DNA of 64,000 bases from Macrostomum lignano (lineage: Eukaryota), in assembly GCA_002269645.1 (NCBI GenBank), contig NIVC01000368.1, positions 248,001 through 312,000 of the forward strand, written 5' to 3'. Positions 25,401 through 38,599 of this stretch are shown piece by piece (within the stretch, counting starts at the first letter, position 1; each line of letters starts with the position of its first letter). The translations under genes were made by a program, and so were the position numbers. Below the pieces are notes generated by a model. That model searched no databases, was not told the DNA's origin, and saw only the letters and a program-made list of their open reading frames with translations.

Positions 25401-27909
25401 GCAAAAACAACCCATTTGGAGTCAACCATATTAACTAAGCTTGCTTTTCATCTGTGCTATAGTATATTTATATAAGCTTAATTGACTTTAACTTTTACTC
25501 ATATTTATTTAGGTGCTAAATTATTGCATTTTTAAAACAATAAAACCCCATGTGTGTGTCAAGTTGTTTACAACACCCATCTAATAACACTAGGCCTACA
25601 GACACAGTATATTACTTAATTATAATTTTTACTATTTTTATTAATTTTAGGTTTCTCTCTATTTCTACAGGCCTATATTTGAAATGAAAGCAATAAGCTA
25701 TTTCAAAGCAACTGCAAGTAAAGAACTCTGTAGTGTAAACTGCAAAAAGCAACACAATGTGGCAACTATACACAAGCTAGGTTAGGTACAAGTACAACAA
25801 ATTTTATTAGGCCTACCTACGAAGTTTAATTCCTGTTAATAGTAAACCTTGTTCTTGATCTTGATGGCTTTGGCTATCTGGTGCAAAGGCAGTGCAATTG
25901 CTCATTTTTCATAGCAATTTATTAATTACTGTTTATTTAACCAATTAAATGACAATGTGACTTTTTTGAGCTATTTTAGGTACTTTTCAGTAGCCGAATG
26001 TTATAGTTCTTTCTTTTCTCTCACGTAGGTCCTTGGCTGTCGAGCGGAGCGGCTGGCGAAAGCTTTCCAAGAAAACTGCAATGTCAAATGATTTATACTT
26101 AAAACTACTTGAACGTATTTTAAACTAAATGTTTAATATTTTATATCTTTTATTATAACTTAAGATTAATATTTATCAAATTTTTACGTCAGAATTTTAA
26201 AAGCATTGTTGCTTTGCGCTATAAAATTATCGTATTTGAAATTGGCATTTTTCTAGAAATCGTACGTATCAATTACTTATATTCGTTAGCGAAATGAATA
26301 AATATACACAGACGACAAGGACAGGGAGGCATGTACCTGTTTTTTAAATGAATTGATTGCAGAGAGCCTGCATTCGAAATAGCTCGAAAATGGTTACTTC
26401 ATGGGTGTTACTTAGTTTTTACCTAACACAGACTGTACATCTTTGAAATTGAACATCCCCTTATATATTTTTTTCCTCGTGGTGTCAGGTACACCACCGA
26501 AGTTTATAACTAACATTTATGTACCTTAACTCACAATTTTCTGTTGCCTTTTGTGGAAGTTAATTCGAAACTTCTGCATAAATAGCATAATAAAATTCTA
26601 GCTTTATAAATTTGTATGGATATATAAGAGAGTTATGTATACCAAACCCAAAACTTGCCAAAATAAATCCATGTTTTATGCCTAAATTTTATTAAACTAC
26701 CGATAGATTGCAGCGTAAATTGAATTCGATTTTAAAAATAGTTTCTTTAGAAGACTTTTAATTGTGTTTTATACTATAATTTATGTGAAAATACTAGTTA
26801 CTTTAGTTTTCCTAATTTAATTTATTTTTTAATGTGATATATTTTTAATAAGGTTTTTAAATAGCGACTAGGCCCCTATATGACAAAACACAGTCAAAAG
26901 ATGTTTTGTTGAGCATTATTATATGCTATAACTAGTTGATTGTAACTGTTTTTACATTTCAATACTAGCTTCAATATTTAAAATATATTATGACAATTAA
27001 TGCGGTGGCCTCGAAAGTAATCAACGAAGACAAATACGGCAGAGGCAATTTTGTAGCGGTAGCACTTGATGATAATAACGACTGATGCGGGCAATGGCCG
27101 CAGACTTTATTTATTGTAACGTATGAGAGGATGGTTAGGCTTGCTATTATTAATTCCGTCTGGGCGGTCAACAGAGATAGGTCAAAGTACTGGCTGAATC
27201 CATAAGAAATGCACTGGGCGGCTACGCAATGATAAGTTAGATGGTAGACAATAGAGTGAGTCGATGGGCCTGAGGCAATGGTGACGATGTGATGGCGGTA
27301 AACATGCGGTGGCAGTGCTCTTAGCAAGAGCTCGTACAAACAGTAGGAGTGGCGTGACTGAGATTGGCAGATGCGTGGTTTAGAACCGTAGCGGAGCGAG
27401 GCAGAAAGGGAAGGCAAACAAACAAGGAGTGCCGGGGTGGTGAGAGCCTATGGGTGGGTAGAGTGGTGGCCAAGGGTGGAAGGGTCTAACCCCGAGCGCC
27501 CCAGCCAGACAAGACTGATAAGGAGCGGGCTGGGGTGGGTGCGCGAGGAGAACTTAATTTCAGGCTAACATAATTTATGCGCGGCTTTTCTATTGGCCGG
27601 CAAGAAAAATAGAAATTATCAATCGCGTACTGTACTTAGGCTTTAAAAATGTATGCAAGTTGTTTAAAATTCTTTGGGCACTACTTTAAGCAGACGTGAG
27701 AGTACGAGACCATTAAATTAACAATTATTATAGATTGGTACCGTATGCTAAAATGGCCCTTAAACGGACAACGTCACAATATTGTTATTTCTCAGGCTAA
27801 CTATCATATATGAACTATCGTCTAGCAGCCCAACCTTAAAACAATTGGACATTATATTTATTAATCATCTGTATATTGAATTTAGTGTAAAATAAGTTTC
27901 CTTTAATGC

Positions 27910-30900
27910 ATGAAAATGGAACTACAGGATGTACATAAACACTGGAGAACAACATATGAAAGAATTGAAAAGTTTATTTCACCGCATTACTTTTGTGATT
28001 CAAACTTACTTTCAAGGTATGTACTTATATCTTTCGTAAAATACAATTAAATAATATTGTAATGAGAAAATTTAACACTTTAAAACGTTTTCTTTATTCA
28101 GGCAAACATCCAATCGAGCAGCTGCTCTGAGCATACAGCATCTGAAGTCACAAGAGTTCCTTGGTTCATGGCTGGACAAGAAAACTCTAACAACTGAAAG
28201 CTTATGGGAGGACATTGACCTTGGTTTTAAATTTGGTCCAGTGTAAGCCTTGATTGTCTCTTATTTCTCTTGGCTATTTGTTTTATTTATAAAATGTTTT
28301 TTCACTTTTCTGTTTTAGTTGGAGCATCCACTGGTTCCGTGTACAGCTACCAAAAGCTGACTGGCTTGAAGAAGCATTTGCTGCTAGCAAACAGTCTGGC
28401 AGCATCAACAGTGAAGTCCATTTTCAATGGAACTCCGACACGGAGGCACTGATCTTTTCTCCAACTGGTCGCATCATTCAAGGCGTAACTTCACTTCACG
28501 ATGGTACAAGAGAAACTGCGGAGCTATCGCCAGATGACCAGAATGATTTACAATCGCCATTCAATGAGTCGCAGCTGATGCTGTACTTGCAGTGCTCTGT
28601 CAGTGAACTGTTTGGAGCTGGTCCTTCATGCGTTCGGCCACCGGATCCCAAAAGGCAGGGCAATCTGTCCAAATGCCAACTCATCCGTAGGGATCCTATA
28701 ATTAGTCGCTTAATCCAAGATCTTCACCTGCTAATGGAGATTGCCAAAGAGCTCAAAGAGACAGATCAAGGTCATCGAGCTCTCTACTGCGGCAATAGCA
28801 TTGTGAATTTGTGCCTGCAGTGCCGCTATGACGATGCAATCAAATTGGCTGACGAATTTTTCAAAGCGTCGAGAGGCACAACAATGGAGCCTGCAGGTAC
28901 CTCGAAAGACCGGATGCTGCTTCACGCCATGGGCCACTGCCACATCGACACCGCTTGGCTGTGGGATTACGCCGAGACTAGGCGTAAAACTGCTAGAAGC
29001 TGGTCAAGTACGCTGCGTCTCATGCGCAAGCATCCAAAGATGACGTTTGTCGTGTCTCAGGTGTGTTGATTGCTCCTAGTAATCTTCTGTCTATTGGTTT
29101 AATGTCTATTATCAATGATTCTGTCGGCTAAAGTTGCATTCTACCCCAGTGCTTTGGAGGAGTATTAAAATGATAATGCAATTACGAGCTGTTTATTACA
29201 CCCGTCCCAATTAGGGCAGACGTGCAACCGACAGCTCAGCCGCAGCTATTGGGCGGTGCGACTGAAGGCTGCGTACGGCTGTTCAGTTCAAGGACTGGCG
29301 GTCGCCACACATTTTACCCTCAATCACTCCAGCTAATGCTGGAACCCATTTTACAGCTGGGTGAACCGACGCAATGCAGAGTTAAGTGTCTTACTTAAAG
29401 GACACAAATTGTTCCAAGTGGCTCGGGAATCGAACCCCTGACCTTGGAGTCGCGAGTCCGACTGCTACAACTCCCTTTTGTAGGAGTGCAAATCTTTGAC
29501 AAGGCGTTTTTTAATAAAAAGCAAAATCGTTTTTCTCATTTCTTCAGAGAGTTGTTAGAAAGTTGTTTTATTATTACCAGGTAACAATGATAATTGATGT
29601 TGAATATTTCTTTTCCAGGCTCAACAGCTGGACTGGCTGAAGACGGACTACCCAAATCTGTTCTCAGAGATTGTCAGCCTAGCTAAGCAGGATCGCTTCC
29701 TACCTGTTGGCGGCTGCTGGGTCGAGATGGACACTAATCTGCCCTGCTGCGAATCGTTACTACGTCAATTTCATTACGGTCAGAAATTTTTTCAACGCCA
29801 TTTCGGACGAAAGTGTCCGGAATTTTGGCTACCGGACACGTTCGGTTACAGCGGCCAGCTGCCCCAGCTGATGAGGCACGCTGGAATGAGCTGGTTTCTA
29901 ACCCAGAAGCTTAGCTGGTCGCTGGTGAACAAATTTCCGCATCATTCGTTTGTCTGGCGCGGCATTGACGGCTCGGAGGTGTTGGCTCATTTTCCACCTG
30001 GCGACTCGTACAACATGCAGGTAGGTTTGTGTGGTATGTCATGTGACTTTATTGAATCTATGTTATGGTTGTTTGCGCTTGCACTTACCCAATTAACTAA
30101 TCTTTGCACAATGTACACTTATCGAGCTGCACTCCGATGTACACTAATCGATCTGCACTCCGATGTACACTAATCGATCTGCACTCAGATGTACACTTAT
30201 CGAGCTGCACTCAGATGTACACTCATCGAGCTGCACTCAGATGTACACTCATCGAGCTGCACTCAGATGTACACTCATCGAGCTGCACTCAGATGTACAC
30301 GTATCGATCTGCACTCAGATGTACACGTATCGATCTGCACTCAGATGTAAACTTATCGATCTGCACACAGTGTACACTTATCGATCTGCACACAGATGTA
30401 CATGTATCGATCTGCACTCAGATGTACACCTATCGATCTGCACACAGTGTACACTTATCGATCTGTTCTCGAATTTAAACTTAAATCGATCTGCACTCAG
30501 ATGTACACTTATCAATCTGGCTTTAAATGTACACTTATCGATCTGCACTCAGATGTACACTTATCGATCTGGCTTTAAATGTACACTTATCGATTTGCAC
30601 TCAGATGTACACTTATCGATCTGCACTCTCAATTAAGGTTCTCCCATCCGAGCTGGCCTTCTCAGCCAGCAACCACCGGGACAAGGGTCGGACACAGCAT
30701 GCCGGGTTTTTGTACGGCCACGGCGACGGTGGCCAGGGACCAGGGCCGGACATGTTGGACAGATTGGAAAGACTGTCCGACTGTCCGGGACTGCCTCGGC
30801 TGAGCCACGGCACGCCTCGAACGTTATTTACCGGGCTAGAATCTGATAGGGCGAACTTGCACAGCTGGACTGGGGAGCTGTACTTGGAGCTGCACAATGG

Positions 30901-33841
30901 CACCTATACTACTCATCGCAGCATTAAGCTGGGCAACTTTCGATGCGAAAGCGCACTCAGGGTGGTTGAATTTCTGCTGGCTTTGGGAGTTCTTGACGAG
31001 ACTGCGACTGTCGAGGTGAGTAGATTATTATATGGTTGCTATGGTGATTAGGGACGTTTGTTATGTACGTTTAGAACAGGGATTTCTGTGACTTAAAAAC
31101 AATTTTAAGAAACTTGCTTAGGTCATTTGTTTTGAGGATCAGTGACGTACGTATACAGGTGTTTTTATGGGGAAGGATTGCAACCTTCAGGGCCGTAAAT
31201 TGCATGTCTTGGAGTTGACCCTGTCTCTTGGTGGGCGTCCCTGTCTCTTGATGGACGTCCCTGTCTCTTGATGGACGTCCCTGTCTCTTGGTTGGCGCCC
31301 ATGTCTCTTGGTTGGCGCCCCTGTTTCTTGGTGGGCGTCTCTGTCTCTTGGTTGACGCCCCTGTCTCTTGGTGGGCGTCTCTGTCTCTTGCTGGGCGTCC
31401 CTGTCTCTTGGTTGACGCCCCTGTCTCTTGGTGGGCGTCTCTGTCTCTTGGTGGGCGCTCCTGTCTCTTGGTTGGCACCCCTGTCTCTTGATGGGCGCCC
31501 CTGTCTTTTGGTGGTCGTCCCTGTCTCTTGGTTGGCGCCCCTGTCTCTTGGTTGGCGCCCGTGTCTCTTAGTGGGCGTCCCTGTCTCTTAACGGGCGTCC
31601 CTGTCTCTTGGTTGGCCCCCCTGTCTCTTGGTTGGCGCCCGTGTCTCTTGGTTGACGCCCCTCAATACCCGTTTCTACCAGAGCTGTTGTGACACTCGCT
31701 GGTGCTTATATACTGGCTACCGTATTGATAGTAGACGGATATGGTTCACTCGTTCACTCTGTACAAGCTGCTCCGCTCTCACCAGGGTAATGACGCTCTT
31801 GGAAAATAATAATAAAATAAAATAATAAAAATAACAGCACCCTTTGACGTAATCAAGCTTACCGGAAAATAATAACTCGAAATATGAAAAAATCTGTAAA
31901 TTTGAATCAATCTCGTTTTGAATCAAAGTTTGCTTTCTCTCTGCTATTTCAATGTAAATATCTAACTAATTCATCAATTAGTGTTTAATATTTGTATATA
32001 CGAGCAGCTCTGATAGCGCAGCCGATTGACTTATTTCTCTTGTAAAGACAAAGAGCCAGAAAAACCCCACCCCAGCAGCGAATCAAAACCAAGCACGGGG
32101 CAGGGCGCAGCCCACGTGCCTCAACAGGGCCGGTTGCAGCCAGCCAGAGCAGAGCACGGGGCAGACGGACGGCAGGGCAGGGGGACACTAAAGCCCAGCA
32201 GCTATAGGCAGATCCACCATGCACGCCAACCCTAATTTATTGATTTTTTCATCAAGTATTAATCTCCTTAATTGTTCCACCTCGCAGTCGCTCGACTCTT
32301 TGGACACAGCCTGGCATCTGCTGCTGCTGAACCAGTTTCACGACGTCCTACCCGGATCTAGCATTGGTCGCGTGTACGCCGACTCAGCTCGTCACTACAA
32401 TCAAATCCTGTCCGTTTGCAGTCGCTTTCGCTCCATGGACGAAGTCTCGACACCGGCTGCAAGTGTGTCGGAATTTGCTCTCGTAAATCCTACTCAGTGG
32501 TCGATGTCTTTGACGCTTCCTGAAGATCATGGCCGTCGACTTGTGAGTCTGCCGCCTCTCTCAGTTTGCCGACTTGATCAATTGCTACTAAAAGAAGCAA
32601 CACCACCAGAGCCGACAGCAAAACTGCTGGATTCTAAAGTTGTTGTACTTGAGAATGAGCATTTGAAAGCTGAAATCGATTCGTTCGGTCGAGTTGTCTC
32701 TCTGATTAGCAAATCAATTGGCGCCGGCCGAGAATGCCTATTGGCACCTGTCCAATTGACTTATTATCACGATATGCCGTTATTCTGGGACGCCTGGGAC
32801 ATTATGGACTATAGCTGGGAGACTCGAGCCACAGTTGCTGAGGACGCCACTGGCAAGGGTAGACTGATTGAATCGTGTCGAATTGATAGTTCGCACAGCT
32901 GTCAGACTGTCTACGAGCTGACTAGCTATCCCACATCCTCGGATGCTACCGATTCCAACCTTGTGTCCCGGATCGAGCATCAGGTCGCTCTACTGCCAGA
33001 ACGGCCTCACTGTCTGACCTTCTGCACCCGGGTGACGCCCTGGCGAGCCGCTCACACGTTGCTCCGCGTTGAACTGCCCTGCAATGTACGAGGCGTCACC
33101 CGAGCTAGCGCGGAGATTCAAGCCGGCCGAGTTGACCGGCCAACTCGAGGCAACACCAGCTGGGATTGGGCCGCGCACGAGCACTGCTCGCATCGGTACT
33201 TGGATCTGTCCGAGGCCAATTTCGGTTTGGCTACAATAAAACAGGCAATCTACGGCGGTAGCGTACGCGATGGTAGCGTTGTAAACTTGAGTCTGTTGCG
33301 CTCTCCTCGCGGCCCAGATGCTGAAGCGGATTTCAATAGCGAGCACTGCCTGCGCTATGCTCTGATGCCTCATCAAAGCTTGGCTGGCCTGACGGACAGC
33401 TCCAGTTGCCGCAGTCTGGTTGCCACAGCTTGTCAGTTTGGCTATCAATCCGATGTTGAACTGACGCGATTGCGTCTGACAGATCGAACAGCTGTACCGC
33501 TGACAACGAGCCCACTGGTTACCTTTGAACAGCCTGCACCGGGTAGCAGCCAATCTGTAGTGCTAGACTGGATCAAACCGGTCCGCTCTGTTGACAAGTC
33601 CAAGTGGTTTCTAGTTCGTCTGTACGAAAGTGTGGGCGGTTTCGTACCGAATTGTTGCCTGCGAATTTATCTGCCAAGAACTGGTGGTCGATTGACTGCG
33701 GCTTTCGAGTCCAACGCGTTAGAGGAACAGCTGCGACCGCTGAAACTGCAGTCTGCTGCTGATGGCGGGGTTGCTGTTGAACTGCCGGCACCGATTGCGG
33801 CCTATCAGGTGCTGTCCGTGTTGATCTGCTGGACGCTTTGA
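27910..33841 (+). CDS. MAN2C1: Cytosolic alpha-mannosidase 2C1 (GH38), complete
   Basis: Exons 27910..28016, 28102..28242, 28319..29060, 29619..30020, 30638..31015, 32288..33841, phase-consistent. Motifs [57 protein letters not shown] and [15 protein letters not shown]. Confidence 0.95.
29185..29475 (-). mobile_element. CORE-SINE (tRNA head plus MIR-like CORE) in MAN2C1 intron 3
   Basis: The minus strand has B box GGTTCGATTCC, then GTGTCCTTTAAGTAAGACACTTAACTCT...CAGCTGTAAAATGGG, matching the recalled MIR CORE (GTGACCTTGGGCAAGTCACTTAACCTCT...CATCTGTAAAATGGG). Confidence 0.75.
30107..30628. repeat. 26-bp minisatellite in MAN2C1 intron 4
   Basis: Unit AGATGTACACTTATCGATCTGCACTC; ends 9 bp before the acceptor. 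Confidence 0.93.
31218..31662. repeat. 21-bp minisatellite in MAN2C1 intron 5
   Basis: Unit CCCTGTCTCTTGGTGGGCGTC, ~21 copies. Confidence 0.93.
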
Positions 33842-34539
33842 TTTCTTGGAATTAAAGAAGCAGCCAAACGAACTGAAGTTTACTTTATCACTTTGTAGTT
33901 ATTAATAGAAGTTTGTTCATTAATCTGATTTTAGCAGAAGTAGATTTTTTTATTGGTGGAAGATGCCCATGTTATTGGAAGAGTGAAACGCCACTTTGTT
34001 TAGGCCAGCGGTTGTCAAACACTCCATTGAAACTTTACAATAGCAATCCAGACCGTTTAAGGTTTATGACTCTTCTCAGCTTGCCGACCCCTGGTTCAGG
34101 TGCGTGGAACCCTGGTACCTGGAACCGCACTGTGGGTTCCATATATTGTTTAAATATCTGATGGTGAACCAAATCGTTTGGTTCGATAACACGAGCATAT
34201 AGTCAGTTATTTCAAAAAGCTCTCTACGCAAGAAGTTTGCTTGTTGTTGAAAAATATTGACTGAGAACAGAAATGTTTCATTGCTGACTTCCTTAGACAA
34301 ATTGATTAAGGAAAAAGTAAAATCAATAATAATTATTTATTTGGTGATTGTAGCCTTGCGAATATCTAGATACGTGTAATGATTATTGACAAGCATGTAA
34401 TTTTTCTCTTTCATAATTATTCTTTTTTGAAACTTTTAATTTTCAATAATTTCAATAAAATTTCTGTAGTTTATGCAAATAAATACAAAATCTTCAAGTC
34501 TTAACAGTAAAAATACCGAAGGAGAGGGTAATCCTTCGG

Positions 34540-35170
34540 TAAGCAACGCAGGCACACAAAATTCAAGAACACGAACCAACTTTTTGTTGCGCACCCTCTC
34601 GAACGGGAATCAAGTCGCCAGCCCTCCGGACCGTGAGATTTTCGACTATTCTGTCAGAAGGTCGGATTTTTACCATAAGCGCTAGTGTGTTCAGTACACC
34701 TCTGTGCGCCGGTCAGCACTGCGTCTCAGTGCAGCCTTGCCAAGCCTTTAAGTTTCATCATGACTTCGTTGGTCACTGGCCTTCACCCAAGCGGAGCCTC
34801 TAGACCTTCAACAGGTGGCACCAGGTGACTATGGACACCCTGGTGTGAATTTCTCGAGTTTCGCTGATCAAGCCATCGACAGTGGGCAAGCCTCAACTGC
34901 TGGACATCCTCATCTAGCCTCTCAAGCACTCACTCATCAAGACTGCACTGAGGCGCATTGCTGATTGGCGCACAGGGTTGCATTGAATTCACTAGCGCTT
35001 ATGGAAAAAACTGGACCTTCTAGCAGAATTCTCGAATATCTTGACGGCCCGGATGGCTGGCCACTTGATTCTTGTTTGAGAGGGTGCGCAACTGAAAGTT
35101 GGCCCGTGTTCTGAAATTGTCGTGTGTCGGCGTTGCTTCGTTCTGGTGTAGCAAAAACATTGTCAGGAGG
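34540..35170. mobile_element. Foldback-type element with ~200-230-bp imperfect inverted arms around a ~200-bp spacer
   Basis: 34540-34745 is the reverse complement of 34940-35170 (CCATAAGCGCTAGTG / CACTAGCGCTTATGG). Other copies lie at 44011-44510 (-) and 35570-35690. Confidence 0.7.
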
Positions 35171-35242
35171 GTTAGGAAATTGCCCACCCTCGGTAGCTTG
35201 GCTGGACAAGAATAATTTGCTTAATTGGTATTCCTACTGTTT

Positions 35243-35568
35243 ATCGATTTTGCGCACGGTTTGAGAGCCCCAAAACAATGTTTAACAATAGAAGCAGTCG
35301 TGGAATTGTTTTGAAGAAATTGGTTTGCCAAAATTATTTAAAACTTTTTGCATGAAAAGGCTAATTTGAATTGAATGAGAATGTGGAATTCATAAATTTT
35401 AGTTATCTTTTTTCCATACTTAGCTTTTCTAGAGCAGGAATTGAAGCAATAAATATTTTCCTGGTATTTTACTTGATATTGACTTCTGATCAATTTTAGC
35501 GTCTTTTGCCCTACTTTGAAGTTACGGCACCGTATTCAGATCACGGCACAAATACTTTGTAGAAATAT
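35243..35568. repeat. ~330-bp dispersed repeat, left copy; direct repeat of 38600-38942
   Basis: Shared TCGATTTTGCGCACGGTTTGAGAGCCCCAAAACAATG...CACAAATACTTTGTAGAAATAT. Confidence 0.85.
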
Positions 35569-35891
35569 GTCCGTGTTCTTGAATTTCGTGTGCCTGCGCT
35601 GCTCCGTTCCGTAACAGAAAAAAATGGTCACCCCCTCCTCTTGGTAGTTCGACGGGCGGAAAAATGGCTTTGTAATTCCTACTGTAAAAATAGTGCTGAA
35701 TATAAATTCTCATTGTTCCTTTGTCCTCATGTCAACGATTCATCGATAGTAAAACAAGAGCTGCTAACGCAGAAAAGTGCATTTTAGATTGCAACAATAC
35801 GTTTTCACTCTTCGAGCATCAGCTGTTACTTGACTTCTGTCAGACATTTTATTGTTAACTTCGGAATCAGTCCAAGATTTAGAGTTCTGTG

Positions 35892-38480
35892 TCAAGAGCA
35901 GATTAAGGCCAGCGTCTTACAGCACTCAGACTTCACCTGACTGCAGTAGTAGCTCTTGGTCTCTGCACTCCAAGCCTCAGCGATTTTCTGATAGAAGTTG
36001 TTGCACTGCTCGGCCGAGGCATTGTCGCCGAAAAAGCAGGACATATCGATGACTGGGACCTGCGAGTCGTAGGTACACTGTCCGTTCCAGTTGCAGCTCT
36101 TCTGACTGCCGCATGGGGTGCCGACCGGAGCGCGAAGGCCGCCATATGTCGTCGCCATCGATCCCCCGGTCTTGTAGCAGTACAGTTTGGCGCACATCAA
36201 ATCTGGGTTTTTTCTGAAATGCTCATGCACGTAACATTTGCCAGGACTGAGTGGGTAACTGAGACGGCACACCTGATCGAGGGACATGCGAGCTCCTTCG
36301 CGGACAGAGCCTGTCAGTTGACTGACTGAGGTACCTTGTGGAGACTTCAGACACGCTGCTTTACCTTGTTAAGAGGTATATATAATAAAGTTTACGAGTG
36401 TCAATAAAATAATCTCCTGACCAAAATTGTATAATACCTTTCTCCCCATGCGCGTTTAATCCGATCTCATGCAACCCCGGATATTCAGGTCCTAATTCCC
36501 GATATCACTCATCAGATGACCCACTAGCTGCCACACCACTCCTTTGTCACCTAACCCAACCTAGCTCCGCGCAATTATTTAAAATCACTCAATTGTTGAG
36601 CACGCTTGACGAAACCCATATGCCCGCAGACTATTTTTTCTAGTACCGCGTGAATCCTCGTTTCGATTCCCTCGTAAAGGGGGTGGGGCATTTTACTAAA
36701 CCAATGGTTATAAGCGCCTCGGCGTTATAGCTCGTTTCTGCCCTCTGCAGCCCATCAATATTGGTATAATAGTGCAGATAACTCCATGGCCAGTCCGTGC
36801 AAAAGACAAACAGACGAAATCTAGAATTCCCCGGTGAAATTCCTCGCTCTAGAATTTGTCTTCGCTGCCTATTTATTGGAAAACCTCGCATCGAGTCAAG
36901 AATCTCAGTAGCTATCACTATTGATATACAATTACGAGTACTTAACTATGTACTAACTACGTACTAGGTACTTACTAGTCTAGCCGTAGTATCCTAAAAA
37001 CTTCAAGTCGCAGGCTGGGAATCCCGTCTCATTAGCAGCAGTTTGGTCACTCCACCACGCCACAAGCTACTCAAGTTCCCAACATTAACTGTTTAGGTGG
37101 ATTTTCCTAGGGAATGAGGCCTGCATGGCGGTCGTACATTATTGACACCAAAACCCGAAGTCGGCGCCAACTAGGACAGCGCACAGGTTACAGCACTTAC
37201 AGAAGCACTTACATTGTCCTAATAGACTTTCAATACACTGCTTTACCTACACTCGTATATTCAGCTGGCTATGGGATCCAAAATTACAGTTAGTGACGGA
37301 TTGGTTAATGATCTTCATTGAGTAAGATATATCGACTAGCTGAATCTACAGGCTTCGCAATCTGATTAAAACAAAAATTCAGTTTAAATGCTTACTGGAT
37401 TTGATGTAGCTTTGGATGTGCCTCACTGTGCACGGAGAGAACCGATAGGAATTGGCTACGTTGCTGAGATTGTCGCCGCACCCCAACTGTGGAGGCCCAA
37501 ATCTTCGACAATGCTGACCTTCCACTGTCCGCAGGCGCCCCTTATGTAAGCCATTCCTGCGGGGCCCGAGTTTCCGTCGGCCCCAATGTCCCTGCGCGTG
37601 AAACCCATCACGTGATCGGCCCTGCTACCTTTCGCGTACATGTACGCTATGATGCTGCTGAGAATGGTGATTCCATCTCTTGCTAAAAAGGAGCAGTTTA
37701 AGTAAATGCTTCAACGTTTAAATCCTAATAAGTAACGCTATGAGTAACTTTTTTGTCACTGCATCGCATACCGTCAGCCGAGTTATCCGGTGGCATCCAC
37801 TTTGCATCGGCTTCAGTCTTAGCCAGTGTTAACCCAATGCACCTGACACTGATTGACGGACGGCCGATGTTCCTGAAGATCGTGTCCATGCCAATCACAA
37901 TGTGAGAATAGTAGAAGTGCAGCTCAGTCAACGCTTTGTCGTCAGTACCGAAAATTGTCTTGAAAGTCTTCCAAACGGTGTGATCAATGAGGATGTGGAT
38001 CTCAACTTGATAGTCGGTAGCCTCTCCATTCACTCGACGCTTCTTTCGACTCAGAACGCGCTCGAACTGCGGACCATCTGTCTGCGAGTCAGTTCCGTTG
38101 CTTTTAGAAACGCGGTGCCCGGAGTCGCCGATTGGCTGGATGAAATACAAGGCGTCTTCGTGTGTCACGTGACCGCTGATGCGCTTTACGTCGTTCTCGT
38201 GTCGAACGCTAAGCACAGCTTTGCGATCGATGTTTCTGTAGTGAGCGTGATCTCCGTGTTGGGCTTGTCGGCCAGAGAACGTCCTGGAGACTCCATCGCC
38301 CGTCACAGTGACTACAGCATCATCCAACGGAGCAGTTTTGGTCAGTGGAATGCGGACTTTCTTGGTGGTGTTGGGCAGCTGGAGCTCGATCTCCATGGAT
38401 GATGGGTGAGGTCCGTCACCACTGGATCGCGTCACTGACACCGAGGCCTTGGCCACCGTAAAAGCAATGGACAGCAACAG
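35892..38480 (-). pseudogene. ADAM/ADAMTS-like M12B metalloprotease with the zinc-binding motif deleted and a frameshift; probable pseudogene
   Basis: Exons complement(37772..~38480, 37396..37682, 35892..36364). Signal-like hydrophobic N-terminus, prodomain, furin site RKKRR, VEIHILID, DHVMGFT..DI, GMAYIRGAC..SIVED, then a stop at 37456. FSPC resumes in another frame with no HExxHxxGxxH between. The Cys-rich domain (DQVC...C..LYC...GTPCG..KSC...GQC) follows. Confidence 0.8.
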
Positions 38481-38599
38481 GACTGAAAATGCGGCAGATT
38501 TATCTCTTGCATATTTGGTTTGGTTTTAAATTTGAAAAAAGAAAGAGCGGCTCAGCCGGCAGAGGACTAACCTGTTTTTAGCATTTTTATCGATTTTTT

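Noticed and set aside
25671-26100. Plus-strand mini-gene (acceptor-like sites at 25670 and 26029)
   Set aside because: Short frames with no homology, and the sites are equally explained by minus-strand signals.
26971-27550. 148-aa ORF or possible solo LTR
   Set aside because: No recognisable protein motif, and I could not define TG..CA ends, a TSD or a second copy.
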